Source of the DNA: Yuukianura sp. NJ FZ-2021
Taxonomy: Eukaryota
Direction of reading: 5' to 3'
DNA: 64,000 nt
Assembly (NCBI GenBank): GCA_046563655.1
Contig: CM102289.1
Coordinates: forward strand, 9,114,001-9,178,000
Part shown: positions 11,330 through 24,700 of the stretch, piece by piece
How positions within the stretch are numbered: position 1 is the first letter of the stretch
How the letters are laid out: each line of letters starts with the position of its first letter
Translations under genes and position numbers: made by a program
The notes under the pieces: model-generated
What the model was told of the DNA's origin: nothing
Seen by the model: only the letters and a program-made list of their open reading frames with translations
Databases searched by the model: none

Positions 11330-14300
11330 ATTCCACCGAATCGTGATTAATCAAAACCAAATGTGATTCAAATCAGCCGTTTAACCTCTAACGTCAAACT
11401 TTTTTACATCCAAACTCTACGAAAGTTGGAATTTTACAAATGTTTACACGAAGCAGTAAAATGTTGCGTTTAAATGAACTGCATCAACATCATCAACTTT
11501 TACACAAAGTTTTCCTTAGGAGGGGAGGCAGTCGCGATTCATCTATTTTTCGGTTGACTGATTTCCAGGAATTTTTCGTTTTGAGGGAAAGCCAAATCTT
11601 CTGGAATCGAAACTTCTGATTTGATTCCAAACTTCTGGTTTTATTCCAAAGCTCAACTAAAATTTGGAGAGATGTTGAAAATTTTGAAGTAAACCAGGAA
11701 AATTAAAACGTTGTTTCCGGAAAACTGGATTTTGTAAACCTTTTTTAACTTTTTAACATTTTGGAAATCGTGTCAAGACACAATAACATGCTTTGACTTT
11801 CTTTTTATTTTTGACTTTCTCCCTGCTTTTGAACTTTCCCGCCACCACGACTGCCTTCAGCTTACATTAAACCAAATCCAGAGTTTTTTCTGATGGAAAA
11901 TTTCGATTTTCCACTTTGTTAGCCATGAAGCGTTTAACCCCTCGTACTTCTATTACCGGTTGGGGGAAGCTATGGTTATACGGCTTGGTAAGAATCTAAA
12001 AGTTAAGCTTAACTTAGGTTTCTCCTTTTCTGTATAACCATAACATGTTTAACCCTAGTCGAATTTCCCGCTTTCCCTCCATAACAAATTAAAAGACATC
12101 TTTCGAATTAGATTAAAACGAAATCAAGACTTTCTCTCCCTTTCTCCACAGATTACAACAGAGACGGATTTCCCCGGGAATTTCAAAAAATACAAATTTA
12201 TTCTTTTCAACACAAAACATCAATCGATCTGCTTAAAATTCCAAGTTCGTAAACTCTAAATTTAAATCATCAAACTTACAATTAAACTCAAACCTTGTGA
12301 TTGTTTTTTTTTTTTACAAGATTTCCATTTTTTTTTCGTTTTCAGGAATTCACTTATTTGATGTGCCGGTTTATATGGGGGGAGAAACTTGATTTTGTAT
12401 CAAAATTTTTTGTTGACGCTGTACATTTACTTTCGTACGCTCGACTGGAACGAAGCTAATAATTCAAGATTCCTGGAGAAGACTTTTGGTTTGAATTGGA
12501 TTTGGATACGGATTGATGAGGGATTCCCGGACTACTGGTGGTGCTAAACCCCTCATATTGGATCCAGCATCCAGCATTCAGCATCAGCATGGAGAAAACA
12601 ATGCTGGAACTATAGTTTTACCAGGGAAAGTTGATTTGACTTTGTCCGTGCTTCCCGCCCTTTCTGGTCATTCTGTATTCCTGTCAGGTTTTCCAATAAG
12701 AGGGATGAATTTCTATTCCATGATGTCGGAAAGAGAGAGTTGATGTCTCCCCCTCGCTCTTCCTTCTTAGTACATCATTTCCATACATGAACTTCCACCA
12801 CCTAGCCTAATCTTAACTTAGGTTTTAGCTTTAAGTTAGGTTAGTCTATTGGGAGAGAAAGTGGAGAAAGTATGCATAAACAGTCTATTCTTCCATGGTT
12901 TTCAGAATCATAATCCAAGAGGGATGGACGAACAACCGCTGAATACCAGATTCTCATTATACCATTTTCCAATAAAAAGTTGCAGTATTTTCAAAATTCT
13001 CATATTTTTTTTAAATCTTTCAAATTCTTGAATTCTTTTTACTCTTAACTTTTCAATTTTGACTTTTCTCCAGAATCTTTGAAATTCCAGGAGGAGAAAC
13101 AGATCCATGACTTTTGTTTGATTTCTGAGTGTATTTGGCCATTGAATTTGAGAGATACGCCAAATCAAGATCCAAGAACAAGGGTAGGGAGGGACTTTTT
13201 TTTGGAAAAAAAAAGCGGGAAAATCCGAAAATTTGAAAAAGGAAGAACAAGGAAATAGTAACGTTACGTCTCTAATGGGGCCCTTTTCCTTTGATTTTCA
13301 ATTCTGCTCTTGTCCTCCTCACTTTCTCTTTCTTTCTCTTTCCAATTGGCTCATGGCTCACTTTTTGGCAGCGCTTCTCACTTTTTTGGAAAAAAAATCA
13401 AAAAAAAACGTGCAAAAAAAAAAAGTGAGGTTGGTCGGATTTCACAGTCGTTGAAAATTATTTCATTATTTTCAAATTTTCACGGAAAACTTACAACTCG
13501 AAGTTACGTACCGTCTCCAATCGGCGTCATAATAAAAAAAAATTATTTTTATTTTAAATTTTGCAATTTGTAAGAAATTTTTTTTTTGGAAATTGACAGG
13601 TTTTCAGGTTTTTTGAGATTTGTTAAATGTCTGTTGACAAGTTGGAGGTGGGAGGTTCTACGTTTAAAATTTAAATTTTGAAATTAGCCCGTGTGCTGCC
13701 AGTACATGCTGGAGGGTGAGTACTTGTGTTTAATAGCAACAGTTTATTGGCCATAAGACTAGGCCCATAATACTAAAAAGTTAGTGTAGAGAAGACTTTC
13801 AGTAACATAAAACATGTTTGAGATACAAATCTCTTGGCCAGGAAACTTCCATCTTCCACTTACGCAGAAAGTGGAAGGAAACTTTTTGTAACTGAAGGAG
13901 AAAGTAGTTATAGATTGTCCTTTTTAAGGGAAAATCTTAAGTGACTACGTATTACTTGCATGGAATTAAATGACAAAAGTTTGTTCTTCTTAATATTTTC
14001 TAAAAGTTGGGCTACTCATGGGAAACTTATGTTACTTCATCATCAGAACAGACATTATGAAAATTTATACACTTTTGGCCAATAATGACTTTCACTCTGT
14101 TCCTTTCTAAACAAGCACTCTTTGTTTTCCTTCGTTCTCCTAAATGGAACGACACAGATTGGATTAAAAACTTTTTTAAACTTTTCGGAGAAAAAATTGG
14201 CCCTGTTTTGAAAAAAAAAGTTTGCAAGGTAATCCAAAAGTAATCAAACTTTTAGCTTTTTAACAAAAAAAAAGCTTTTAGAGTTTAAAAACTCACTTTA

Positions 14301-16325
14301 AACTTTTACGTTTACTTACAACCCAAAAATTTGTTATTTTTATGCTAATTTTTAGCAAAATTTGTATTCTGAAATCATCAAAAGATTTTAAGTGCTAATT
14401 AAACCCATTAAAAAGTAGTTCTAAATATGATCCCATTTTTCTAAACCTGTGAGTTTTGGTCAAATTTTTTTGAAAAGACGGAAACTCACTTTTTTTAAAC
14501 ATCGTCGAAAAAAATGTGTAAAAAAAAGTTAAAACTGAAAAAGAGAAGGGGAAAAGTTGGCTAAAAAGCCGCAATTTTTGGGTTTGTGTTGATTTTTCAC
14601 CACTTTTTCTCAGTTTTCCTCTCTTCTTTGTCTACCTTGCTTGGCTTTTCTCTTTTGTCGTAATTCTCTTGCTTTCTCCTTCACTTTTTTTTTCTTTTGA
14701 CGAGTGAATCGAAGGAAATTTGCTCTTTATTCGGCTTCGTTAACTCCTCAGTTTTAGACTCCCTCTGTCCTTCATCTTCTTCTTATTTGATCTTCGCTTA
14801 CTTAACTTCTCCACAAAGTGGGGCTAGAACTGGAGAAAAAAAGAAAAATCAAGCGAAGAAAGCAACCACCGATGGGAATCAGTTGAAAAGAAGAAAAACG
14901 ATGATGCAAGGAAACAGGCCAGAAGAAAGTCAAGAACAAGCAGAAAAAACGGACTTTTTTGGTTTTTGTGGTTTGTACGATCATAAGAGGTTCATCTGAT
15001 CAAGAAGAAAGTTGAAAAGCACTTGAAGCAATTCCCTGGATCTTCCTTCAATGAGTTTATTTAAGTGTTGGGCAAAGGCGGCAAAGTTTACTTTTTTGCC
15101 TCCTGAATGGCTTGCTCTAATGAATGACTTTTTCTGTTCCAAATTCGTGTAAATTAAGGGCACCACAAAAAACGAAAGATACTTTAGAAGTTTATAGAAA
15201 AGAGAAAAGTTTTCTCTTTTTTGAGACGCTCCAAGGAACCTTTCTTAACCGTACAACTTTTTTTTTCAAAACTTTCAATCCGCTCGTCTTTATTTTCTCA
15301 GAGGAGATAAACAGTTTTCTCCTATACTATTTTTTAACTTTTTTTTTCGAAAAAGAAAGTTCTTCCTATAATCTGATAAGAATCATCAAGGAATTCCTGC
15401 ACTAAAACTTTTAGAACACATTCAAAGGTTTTCTGAAGTCGAAAAAACGAAAAAGTAAAAAGTAAACTGAAAAAAATTCCCGCGTTTTTCGTTTTCTTAG
15501 ACTCTTTCATGCCATTTCTTCTCTTCTTATCTTTACGGTAGTTCTTGACTTTCTCCAATTCCAAATGGAGAAAACTTTTTGTTCCTATTAGGCAATGGAC
15601 TGATAAGATTTCAAACCAGAATAACTTCTAACCCTAAATTTTTGGGTTCCGCAGTTTCCAATTAAACCTGAATTCAATTTTAGGAATCCAAAATTCTTCG
15701 AAATTTTGAAAAAAAAACTGGAAATGTGTAGGTTTTGGGACGGATGTTTTCCATTTTTGTGTTTCGTGGAACTCTAACTTTTGAAAAGCGACAAAAAGTG
15801 GTAACTTGACGCGTGCAGTTTGAGATGTTCAAAAGTGGAGAAGGAAAAGATGATGACAGGACAAAGTCTTAAGAAATCCTTATGGAAATTGCGTAAAACT
15901 CAAAGGATCTGGTTGAGAGGAGGTTCAAAGTCCCCTCAAGTCCCCCTAATGATCCTATCCCTGTTCCCTTGACATGCAAAAGAAGCTCCGATAATTTATT
16001 ACTTTCAGTCCTACTTGACGCTAATCGTCAAATAATATTCAAGGCCTCTCGGTACTTTTTTTAGTTCAAAAAATAACTGGCCAAAGCCGAAGAAAGTTCA
16101 ATTTTCAACAAAGAAAGTTTTAAGCTCCAGAATCCCTAATTTCCCAACTTTTCCATTTTTTCTTGTGCTATAAAGTCATTACTCTTTTTTTTTCGAAATG
16201 AGTTCATGTTTCGAAAATAAAAAAAAATTTCAGTTTTCGCAAATTTTCAAATTCCGCACAAATTCAAAACCAATCCTCCCTCAATAAGTTTTACTAATTG
16301 TGGCACTAATATCTTGAAAGGCCTG

Positions 16326-16408
16326 GAACAATAGGTTCCGAATTCTTTAGAACAATAGCGTGTCGAAATATTTTGAACAATAGCTAGCGGTATAATTTAG
16401 AACAATAG
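16326..16408. repeat. Four GAACAATAG motifs at 24-25 bp periodicity
   Basis: Copies start at 16326, 16350, 16375, 16400, with degenerate spacers. Confidence 0.8.
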
Positions 16409-18703
16409 CTTATTGAATTCGGTTTTTTGTCAAAAAATGTTTGTTTTTGGAGGTTTGAAACAGTTTTTGGAGGAAGTTTCTGAAAATGCATGTTTTTTTT
16501 TTGTCGTAGTGTATTTCTGGTGGTGAAAGGAGTGCAGAAAATTAAGGCTTTTCTCCCTGCTTTCTCTCATGTCTTATGCATTCGATCCTCATCCCCTTGT
16601 CAAGCGTCATTCGCATCTGCTGCCTTCAGTACAGCACAGCAGCACATTTTTCATTTGACACTGACGGAATGGAAACCATTTAAGACTTGGAACAGCACTG
16701 CTTGAGAAACAGGAACTTCCATAAGTTAACCTTATACTGCCAGTATTTTACCCACTTTCAAATTATGCTTTCCAAAACAACTTCATATTTCAAAGGTAAC
16801 TTCCTCACTTGACTTCCCTCATTTCTCTGATTTCTCCTAATTTTCATAAACCGAACAAGCTTTTCTACAATGTACTTTCCACATCACTTCCCGGCAAATT
16901 TTCCTTGTTTCCAAGTCGTCAGATTTCAAATACTGGAATTTCGCAACCTGTTTTACAAGAACATCATTTTCATCGCTGTTACTCGAAATGATGCAAGAGC
17001 AAAACTTTTTTTTTACTGTTTGCTGTTTTGCTGGAACTTAACCTGCTTGGAACCTTTTGACTTACTCACTTTGCTTCACTGAACCTGTAAGTTTTGACAA
17101 GGGTTGTCAGATTCAGAAAAGTCTAAGTGTCATCGGATACCCTATGGTGAAAGTCTCTCAAAACATAACATAAACCACCTCACTTTCTCCAAACAACACA
17201 AACTCTAGCCTTCCAATTTCTTGCGAAAGTCCGATTTCACAATTTTCAGATTTTCAAGTCAAACAGACAAGAATTTTTACGTTTTTGTGTTTTAGAATTA
17301 AAGGGAGAAAGTTCAAGCAATCAAAAGCTGCATTTAGACCGATGCATACCTACTCTAACTTTTGTAAGATTTTATTCGCTGAATGTTTTTTTCCCACTTT
17401 TTTTGGAACCCAAAAGAAAGTAATTAGAAAGCTTTTAGATTTTTTCATTTTCCTTTGTTTTAAAATTAATTAGAGCCGACTTTTGTGAGCTACCAAGAAC
17501 AGGTAGCTTGGTGAGATGCTGTGTTGTTGTACAAGATTTTTTTGAATGTTGGCGGTGCTAAGGGCGGATACTTGGGATGAATCAGTGGAGAAGCAGCAGG
17601 GAGAAAGTCGTTGGTGGGAGAAAGCGAGGGCGAAGGGGGAGGGTTTGGCGGTTCACGCTTCGACGTTCAACATTTCCCCGGATTTGGTGTCTCTTCGGAT
17701 TCTGACTTTCGAATGTTCCCAACTCAGGACAAGGACTTGACTTTCTCAGTTTGAACAATACGTTCCTCCAGAACAGATCAAATCTCTCAAACCTCCAAAC
17801 TTTCAAAATTTACTTCACTGGTTCACATTTTTCAAAAATCTCATTTCTAAAAACCCATCAAAAAAGTAAATAATAATTTACAATAAAAAGGCTGTACCGA
17901 TTTAGTTTTGCTGGCACTCTGGTGTTTCTAAACTTCAAAATTTAGGTGAAGATTTTCAAAATTTCGTGCCCTGTACATTTCTTTTTGTTAAAATTAACTT
18001 CCAAACTAAAATTTTATTTTACTTTGAATTTACTTTTAACGTAAAGTACAAGTTTTGTAGAACGAAAGATTAGTTTATGTTTTTCGTGAGTTTTTTTTTT
18101 TTTTTTTGCTGTGGGGTTGAAAGCCACTTTACCACATTTCACTGGAAGGAACAAGCAAAAACACAACTCAAAATTTTGCTTTCTCTTTTGAAACAGGGTG
18201 ACTTTCACCCTTCAACTTTTTCTAAATCTTCATTTTGCTTCTTTCTTCCCCCAACTTTCTTCTGCTTCGCAACTAACAACTTTTTTTGTCAATTTCAGGC
18301 TCAGACGCAGATTTGCACTTATCTTCTAAAAGTTCTTGACCTCTTGACCTCTGCCACTCATTCAAAACAACTGACCATTTACATTGACTTTTGACTCTGA
18401 CGCAATAGGAAACTTTCTGTACGTCAATGCGTAAATTGCTTGTAGCTACTAAGGAAAATTTAGACGTGAAACAAGCTAAATTACACAAACCAGAAACAGG
18501 AGAAGAGCGGCAGAGTTAATTAATTTGCTCTCCAAAGTGATTAAAGCCAAACAATAGACTTCAAAATTCATCTCGTTCAAAACAAAAGTGATGTTCATTT
18601 TAGAAAAGTCATAGCCCTACTTCCGCAACAACCCAATTTCATCCTCAACTCTGCAGAAAGTCCGGGAAGCCACAGAACAAGCAAGATTAGGCCCAATTTC
18701 AAA

Positions 18704-21700
18704 ATGTTCCAAGCCACTTCAACCCTCTTCCTCATCTTGAGCTTATGCGTCGGAAATTCTATTTCAGGTAAGCAAAAAATTACTTCAAAAAATACATTTT
18801 TTAAAAAGTAGTTTTTTGAGTTCATCTTTGGCCTATAGTTTACTTTCTCCCAAAATAAGATTGAAATCTCTGTTTACCTTCATCAATTCTTAATCTGTGC
18901 GAATCTGTGGAAGTCTTTTTGAATTGATTGATGTCGTCTGCCCCTCCTCTCCATTCTAAAAGATTCTGTTCTCTAACCTCCGTTTTGTTCTGAATAATGG
19001 ATCCTAAGATGCGTTTGAGTGACGGGCGGGGGAATTCAAATCCCTAAAAACACTTTACGCAAATTGTGAGCGATGAAACTTCACGCAAAGTCACACAGGA
19101 GACTTATAGAGTTTTTTTTTTTGGAATCTTGGTTGAAAACTGAAATTTTCCAATTTCTAAGAATTTAAAAAAGAAGTTTGATGGCTTTGTTAATTGGGCA
19201 AATTCGGATCCCGGAGTGACTAATTTGCCAAAATCTTGGCAAATCTTTTGTCAGATCTCCTAAATTGGAGAAATCAATCTCCAGATCTTGATCTGCTTTC
19301 ACTCCCTCAGCATTTCTTCCAGGAATTTTGTGAGTCCATTGCCTACAAGTCATTCCCAAGTCCAAGGAGTGTCACTGGTAGGAGTATTTTTGGGTATTTT
19401 GTGCTAAGAGGGGCTAAGCTGGAAGGGGGAGGATTAATAGATCCACTTTCTCTTTTGTCTTCCCCCTTCTCTCTCCTTTCTCTTATGACTCTTATGAATC
19501 CCATGTCAGACGCCCATCTCATTCCATCCCATTAAATTTCATCCTAGACTTGGACAAATTGTGTCCACTTCCACACAAATATCCATCCACCCATCGATGA
19601 AATGGGCTCCAATTCACCAAAATAAGTCAAATTACCCCTTCCAATTCTAAGTTACACACAAAAACAAAAATTTTGGGCAGAGTTAGACAGAAAGAAGGAA
19701 AATTTCGAGAAAGAAACTTAAATTTTCAGTAAAGTGAGACAGAAAGAAGGGAAATTTCGAGAAAAACCTTAAATTTTGAGCAAAAGACAACATAAGACAA
19801 TTTTAAGCAAAATTGACAGAAAAAAAATATTTTAGCAAAAACCTTTCTGAGTAGCTTCAGTGAAAGGAAAAACAAAATTTTTTGAAGCTCTTGGTGACTC
19901 ACTTTATTAAAAATTTTGACGAAAACTTGAGTTTTTAGGAATAAAAAGGTGGTTTTCGGACTAAAACCACAGTGTTTGCAGTGGAAAACGCCCAACTTTG
20001 TTGGATTATTTTTGAAGCCTTGTTACCAAAGTTTTTGATCCTAAACGAAAGGGAGGATGAGGAGGAGGAGGAGGTGGAGGAGGAGGAGGATGAGAAAGTA
20101 GTGTAATAATAAAGAAAAGCCTTTAGGCCTATGAACTCAAGTACAAAAAGAGAGGGTAGGTTTGAAGTTGACAATTTCAAATGCACATTGGAACAAAGTT
20201 TATAAAAGTAGAAGTGCATGGATATAAAACTTTGGGTTTCTTAACCTCCATTTTATTCCATGTAAACCCTCCTTTTACTATTCACTTTTTACAATGCAGG
20301 TGAAAGATTTATGGAACAGTCGCAAGGATTAGCTCCAACTTAACTACCATTTTATTTCCCGCTCTTTTTGAAATTTTTAAATTTAAAAAAGTCTTAAAGT
20401 TCCACTTTCCCGCTGAAACTAAATTCAGTATCCTCCTAATTGAGCTACACAAGTTAAACGTGCAATTTAAAAGGATTTGGGGTTATTAGATTCTTGGTTT
20501 TTAAACCGCTTTTCACAAAATCCCTCAACATCATTATTCCAAACTCAAGAACGTCATAAAAATTTAAAATTTCCATTTTTTAAAATTTCGAAAACCTCAG
20601 AAAGCAAAAGACTTTGGACAAACTCGAGAGCCCCAATTTTCAAATCCCTGCCTCTCCCTCTTCTTTTCCCGCCAGAGAAAAGAGTGGGGAAAGTTCTTGA
20701 TTGTGATTTTGAACTAAAAAGAGCGGGAAAGTATAAAAATCCAAGAGGACATGAGAGATCCCATACAAAACTCGTTATTTTCCCCTTTTCATTCATGAAT
20801 AATTTCGTATAATAATGCCCTCAAGTCTCCTTTCCCATTTTCGTCTCAATCTCAGCCCGCATTTACTGTAGTAAAGTGTAACCCAAAAAAAAACCGCCGC
20901 GGTGAAAAAACGCGCCCTTTTTGAAACTTGACATTTTACATTTCCCCGTTTTTGCATAGGCGAAGATACGTGTTGAACATTTTGAGGTATTTTTTAATCT
21001 CTTCCTAACTTTCTCCGGGCTCTAACAAAAAAGCCTCATTTAAAAAACGCGGGAGAAATTCACTCGCCCGCATTTTTGAAAAGAGAACTGCACAGCCCCT
21101 ATTATAAGAAAGACCTTCAATTGTCATAATGCAAAGCAGTTACTATTGTGTGCTTTCACTTTTCAAAATCCCAGTTTCAAAAAAAAAAACCCGCACTCGG
21201 TTTCAAATGCAACTTCAAAAAGTTATGCAGTCATATTTTCGACTTTCACCAAAAATTGAACATGAAGCGAAGTTACTACAAAATCTTGACTTTCACCAAA
21301 AAGTGAAATCATGATTCTGATTTTTGCAAAAACATGGTCCTAATTATGACTTTCATGAAAAATGGAAAGTCAAAATTTAGACTTTGACAAAAAATCTGGA
21401 GTTACGGTTTTGACTTTTACCAAAAAGTAAGGTAAAAATTTTGACTTTTACCAAAAAGTAATGTCAAGGTTTTGATTTTTTCGAAAAAGTGAATTCATAA
21501 TTTTGACTTTCACCAAAAAATATGAAATGAAGTCATAATTTGAGTTGAATTTGAAGTGGGTTGATCCTGGAGTCATTATAAATTGTAAATGCGAGAGTTG
21601 GAAGCTAATCTCTCCTTGTCTAAACTTTCACCCTGCTTGGGGGTGAGTGGAGCCTTCCAGAAAAATAATTGCATCAAACTCCAAGATCAAATCTCTTAAT

Positions 21701-24700
21701 TTAGACGCTAGGAGCACACAAAGTCTAATCCTGACTTTCTCCAGTGATCATTAAGAACTCAAACCCTAATATAAAGTTGTTAGGCTAGGTTGTTACTGTG
21801 CATCTGAGATTACAGTCATAGTATGTTCCAGGAATAACTATGTTGAAATGAGTAAGTTGAATTTTTGGTTGTATTTGTGCCCTGGTGGAAGAGGATTAAA
21901 TCCTATCTTGTGAAGATGAATTCAGAGAGATCATCATCTTCTCCAGCATCCCCTGTTGATGACTCAACATTGTTAGAAATGGACCAAACAGTGATACTTT
22001 CTCCCTTCTCCAACTCCAAAACGACCAACCATCAATCCTCACGTCCCTCATCGCCCTTCCTAAATTTCAAATCCTCCGCTCTTTTCCCTCAGCGATTCAA
22101 AATCTCAATTCCCCCAAAGGGGCTGCTCTCCCATGGAATTGCAATTCCAACTTCATTTACTTCCAAAAGTCAAAAACCAGAAAATGCGGGAGAAATTTTG
22201 TCCAATTTTCACGTCTCCTGAAAAATTAATTCAAAAAGTTCCTAAATTTGTTAGTTTTAGCTGCTAGTTGTTTGGAGACACACGTATTCCAGAAGCATTT
22301 TGATGTTTGCAGTTGATGAATGTGGAGAGAAAACAAAAATTTCAAATCTTTGTTTTTTAATCACTTTTCACCTCTAACTTTCCAATTTCTGAAGTAAAAA
22401 GGCGGGGAGTGATATTTAATTTAAAAAAAAATGAATCGGAACTTGTAACCCAGTTGAGCCTGCAACGGTAATGGATGCCCATTTGATTTTTCCGGAAGGG
22501 AGACAGTGTATATGTTCGTGTAATTCGATGCTTCCAGGCCACACATTTCCCTTCCTGCACTTTACTGCGTATACAATCGTTTTTGATAGAGTTTTAACAT
22601 TGCAAGAAGTGGGAGAAAGTTAGAAAAGTTTGAAAAGAGTAATAAAGCATTCATTATTACAGGAAATGTTTCACAGTTGGTTTCACTTTCAACCCAAAAC
22701 ACTCCCTCAACAGTTATTCCCATCATACTTCTCATTTTTTGAAACTTCAACTCCGTTTTTGAAAAAAAATTTTTTTTTTAGTTTATGAAACTGTGTTCAC
22801 ACCAATAGTTCATTTCACGTCGTTATTCGCAATTTAAAACAAATTTAAAAAAATTTGAAAGTGTGTCATTTTGGAATCTTATTTTTGCGGTGTTGCAAAA
22901 TGTAAGAAAAAAAAATTGAACAGGACAAAAGCAATAAGGGAGGTTAAGGAATTTTTCAATTCACTTTTTCCACTTTTAGTCTTTTGAAAACTTTATGTTT
23001 ATTTTGATATTTTTTCTTTTGTTATTACAAATGTAGTACTAAAAGTTAGAACGTAAAAGGAGTTTGCTTTTGTCTGGGCCTGAAAAAAAGAAAGTTGTGA
23101 ATTCTTTTGAGTACATTTTTATTTTGTGGATACAGAAAGAGTAGAGTTAGTCTATTTAGACTTGTGTGGGTTAAGGTAAAGATGTGAAAATCTTCAGAAA
23201 AAAGTGCAAGAAAGAGAAAAGAATAAGAAAAATAAGAAAGCATGAAAGAAGAGCAAACATGTTTTCCTGTTCTTTCCAAAGGGGAATAAAGGTTTGTTCT
23301 CTTTGTCTTTCTTCATAAGCCACTTTTTCTTTCTTCAGAGGGAGAAAGTATCAACACACTTTACGCATCTTTTCACCACCACCAAACACTGCCACCAGTC
23401 CTCTCTTTCTGTATTCCTTTGTGTCTTTTGAAAAGGTTCTTGAGGCTACTAAATGGGTTTATGACATCCTGCAATAGGATACTGCTCTCTAAAAGTGTCT
23501 CGACAGTGACAGAAAACCAACACATCATCACCAGATACGCTCTTAAGATCCGAAATAGTCCGAAATCATAAAATCTTAACCCAAACGAGCATAACTTAAT
23601 CAAAGACGATTGCAATTCCGTTAATTTGGGCTGAAATTACTTTTTTTCAGAAATTTTGACAAAAGTTGAAAACTTGTTGGATCAAAATGTAAAGACAAAG
23701 AAAAATGAACTAAATGTACATAAAGGTGACTAACTTAAAAATTTAATAAATACGCTAATGACGACGCTTAAGTTATCTACGTCGGCGTTGATGTTTAAAA
23801 AAATTCAGGTTAGAGTTGTTGCTCAAAATATTAGTGTTTTTGTTGAAAAATTTTAGGTTGGTATTGTTCAAAATGCTCAGTGTAGTGGAGAAAGTGACTG
23901 CAGTGCTGCTGTTTGGTGTAAGTTGATTAGCATCAGTATGAGGCGGATATTGCGAAACATGTCTAGAAACAAGCGGACTTTGTGGAAAGACGTGTGAGGC
24001 ATAGCTTTTTTCAAAATTTCCCGCACTTTTTCTCAGCTAAGCTGTCTTCTAGCGTTGTTCAACTGCAGTTTCCAAGAAGATTGAAGGTCTTGCAACTCCG
24101 GACAGGAAATTGCTCTCACTCTCTGCCTCCTTCGACTTTCTCTCTCTACAAATCTAGTCACTGGAAACTAGAAGTTTGGAGTAGAAGTCTTGAGTTGGCC
24201 AAACAGCACTGGACTTTCACTCTAATAGACCAAAGTCTAGTGTTTTAGAACTAAAACCTCTAGACTTTGAGACTAAAACTTTAGACCTTTGGCTTATAGA
24301 CTTTCACCTGTCACGTTAGTCCTCAAGTCAATTGAAAAGAGATTGACATGTTTTCATTTCTAACAACTTGTGTCCAGTTGTCACTTGAATTAATGAAACA
24401 TAAGCAATTAGCCAATCAGGAGCTTCCGAGGATTTGATTGGTCAATTGGTTAGGCTAATTTGAGCTGTCACAAAACCAAGTCTGTCAACTGTCACGCAAG
24501 TCACGGTGTTAGTAGAAAGGTAGGAGGGTGTAAACATGCGAGTTCTAAAAAACCCGGGTTTAAAGAAAAGCGGGTTTTTCAATTTACAAATTCTCGGAGA
24601 GGAACAGGGTCAAAATCGATTAGCTTAGAAAAGAAAGGCGGTTTAGAGGGCTGACACGGCGACGGCTGCACACGCTTTCCATTGTACTATGTGTATACGT

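Noticed and set aside
16326..16408. Mini CRISPR-like repeat/spacer array
   Set aside because: Repeat core is only 9 bp and spacers ~16 bp and related; eukaryotic locus.
11400..18700. Many 60-110 aa ORFs in the track (e.g. 14697-14999, 12513-12743)
   Set aside because: Low-complexity F/K/L-rich products of AT-rich DNA; no motifs or coherent splice structure.
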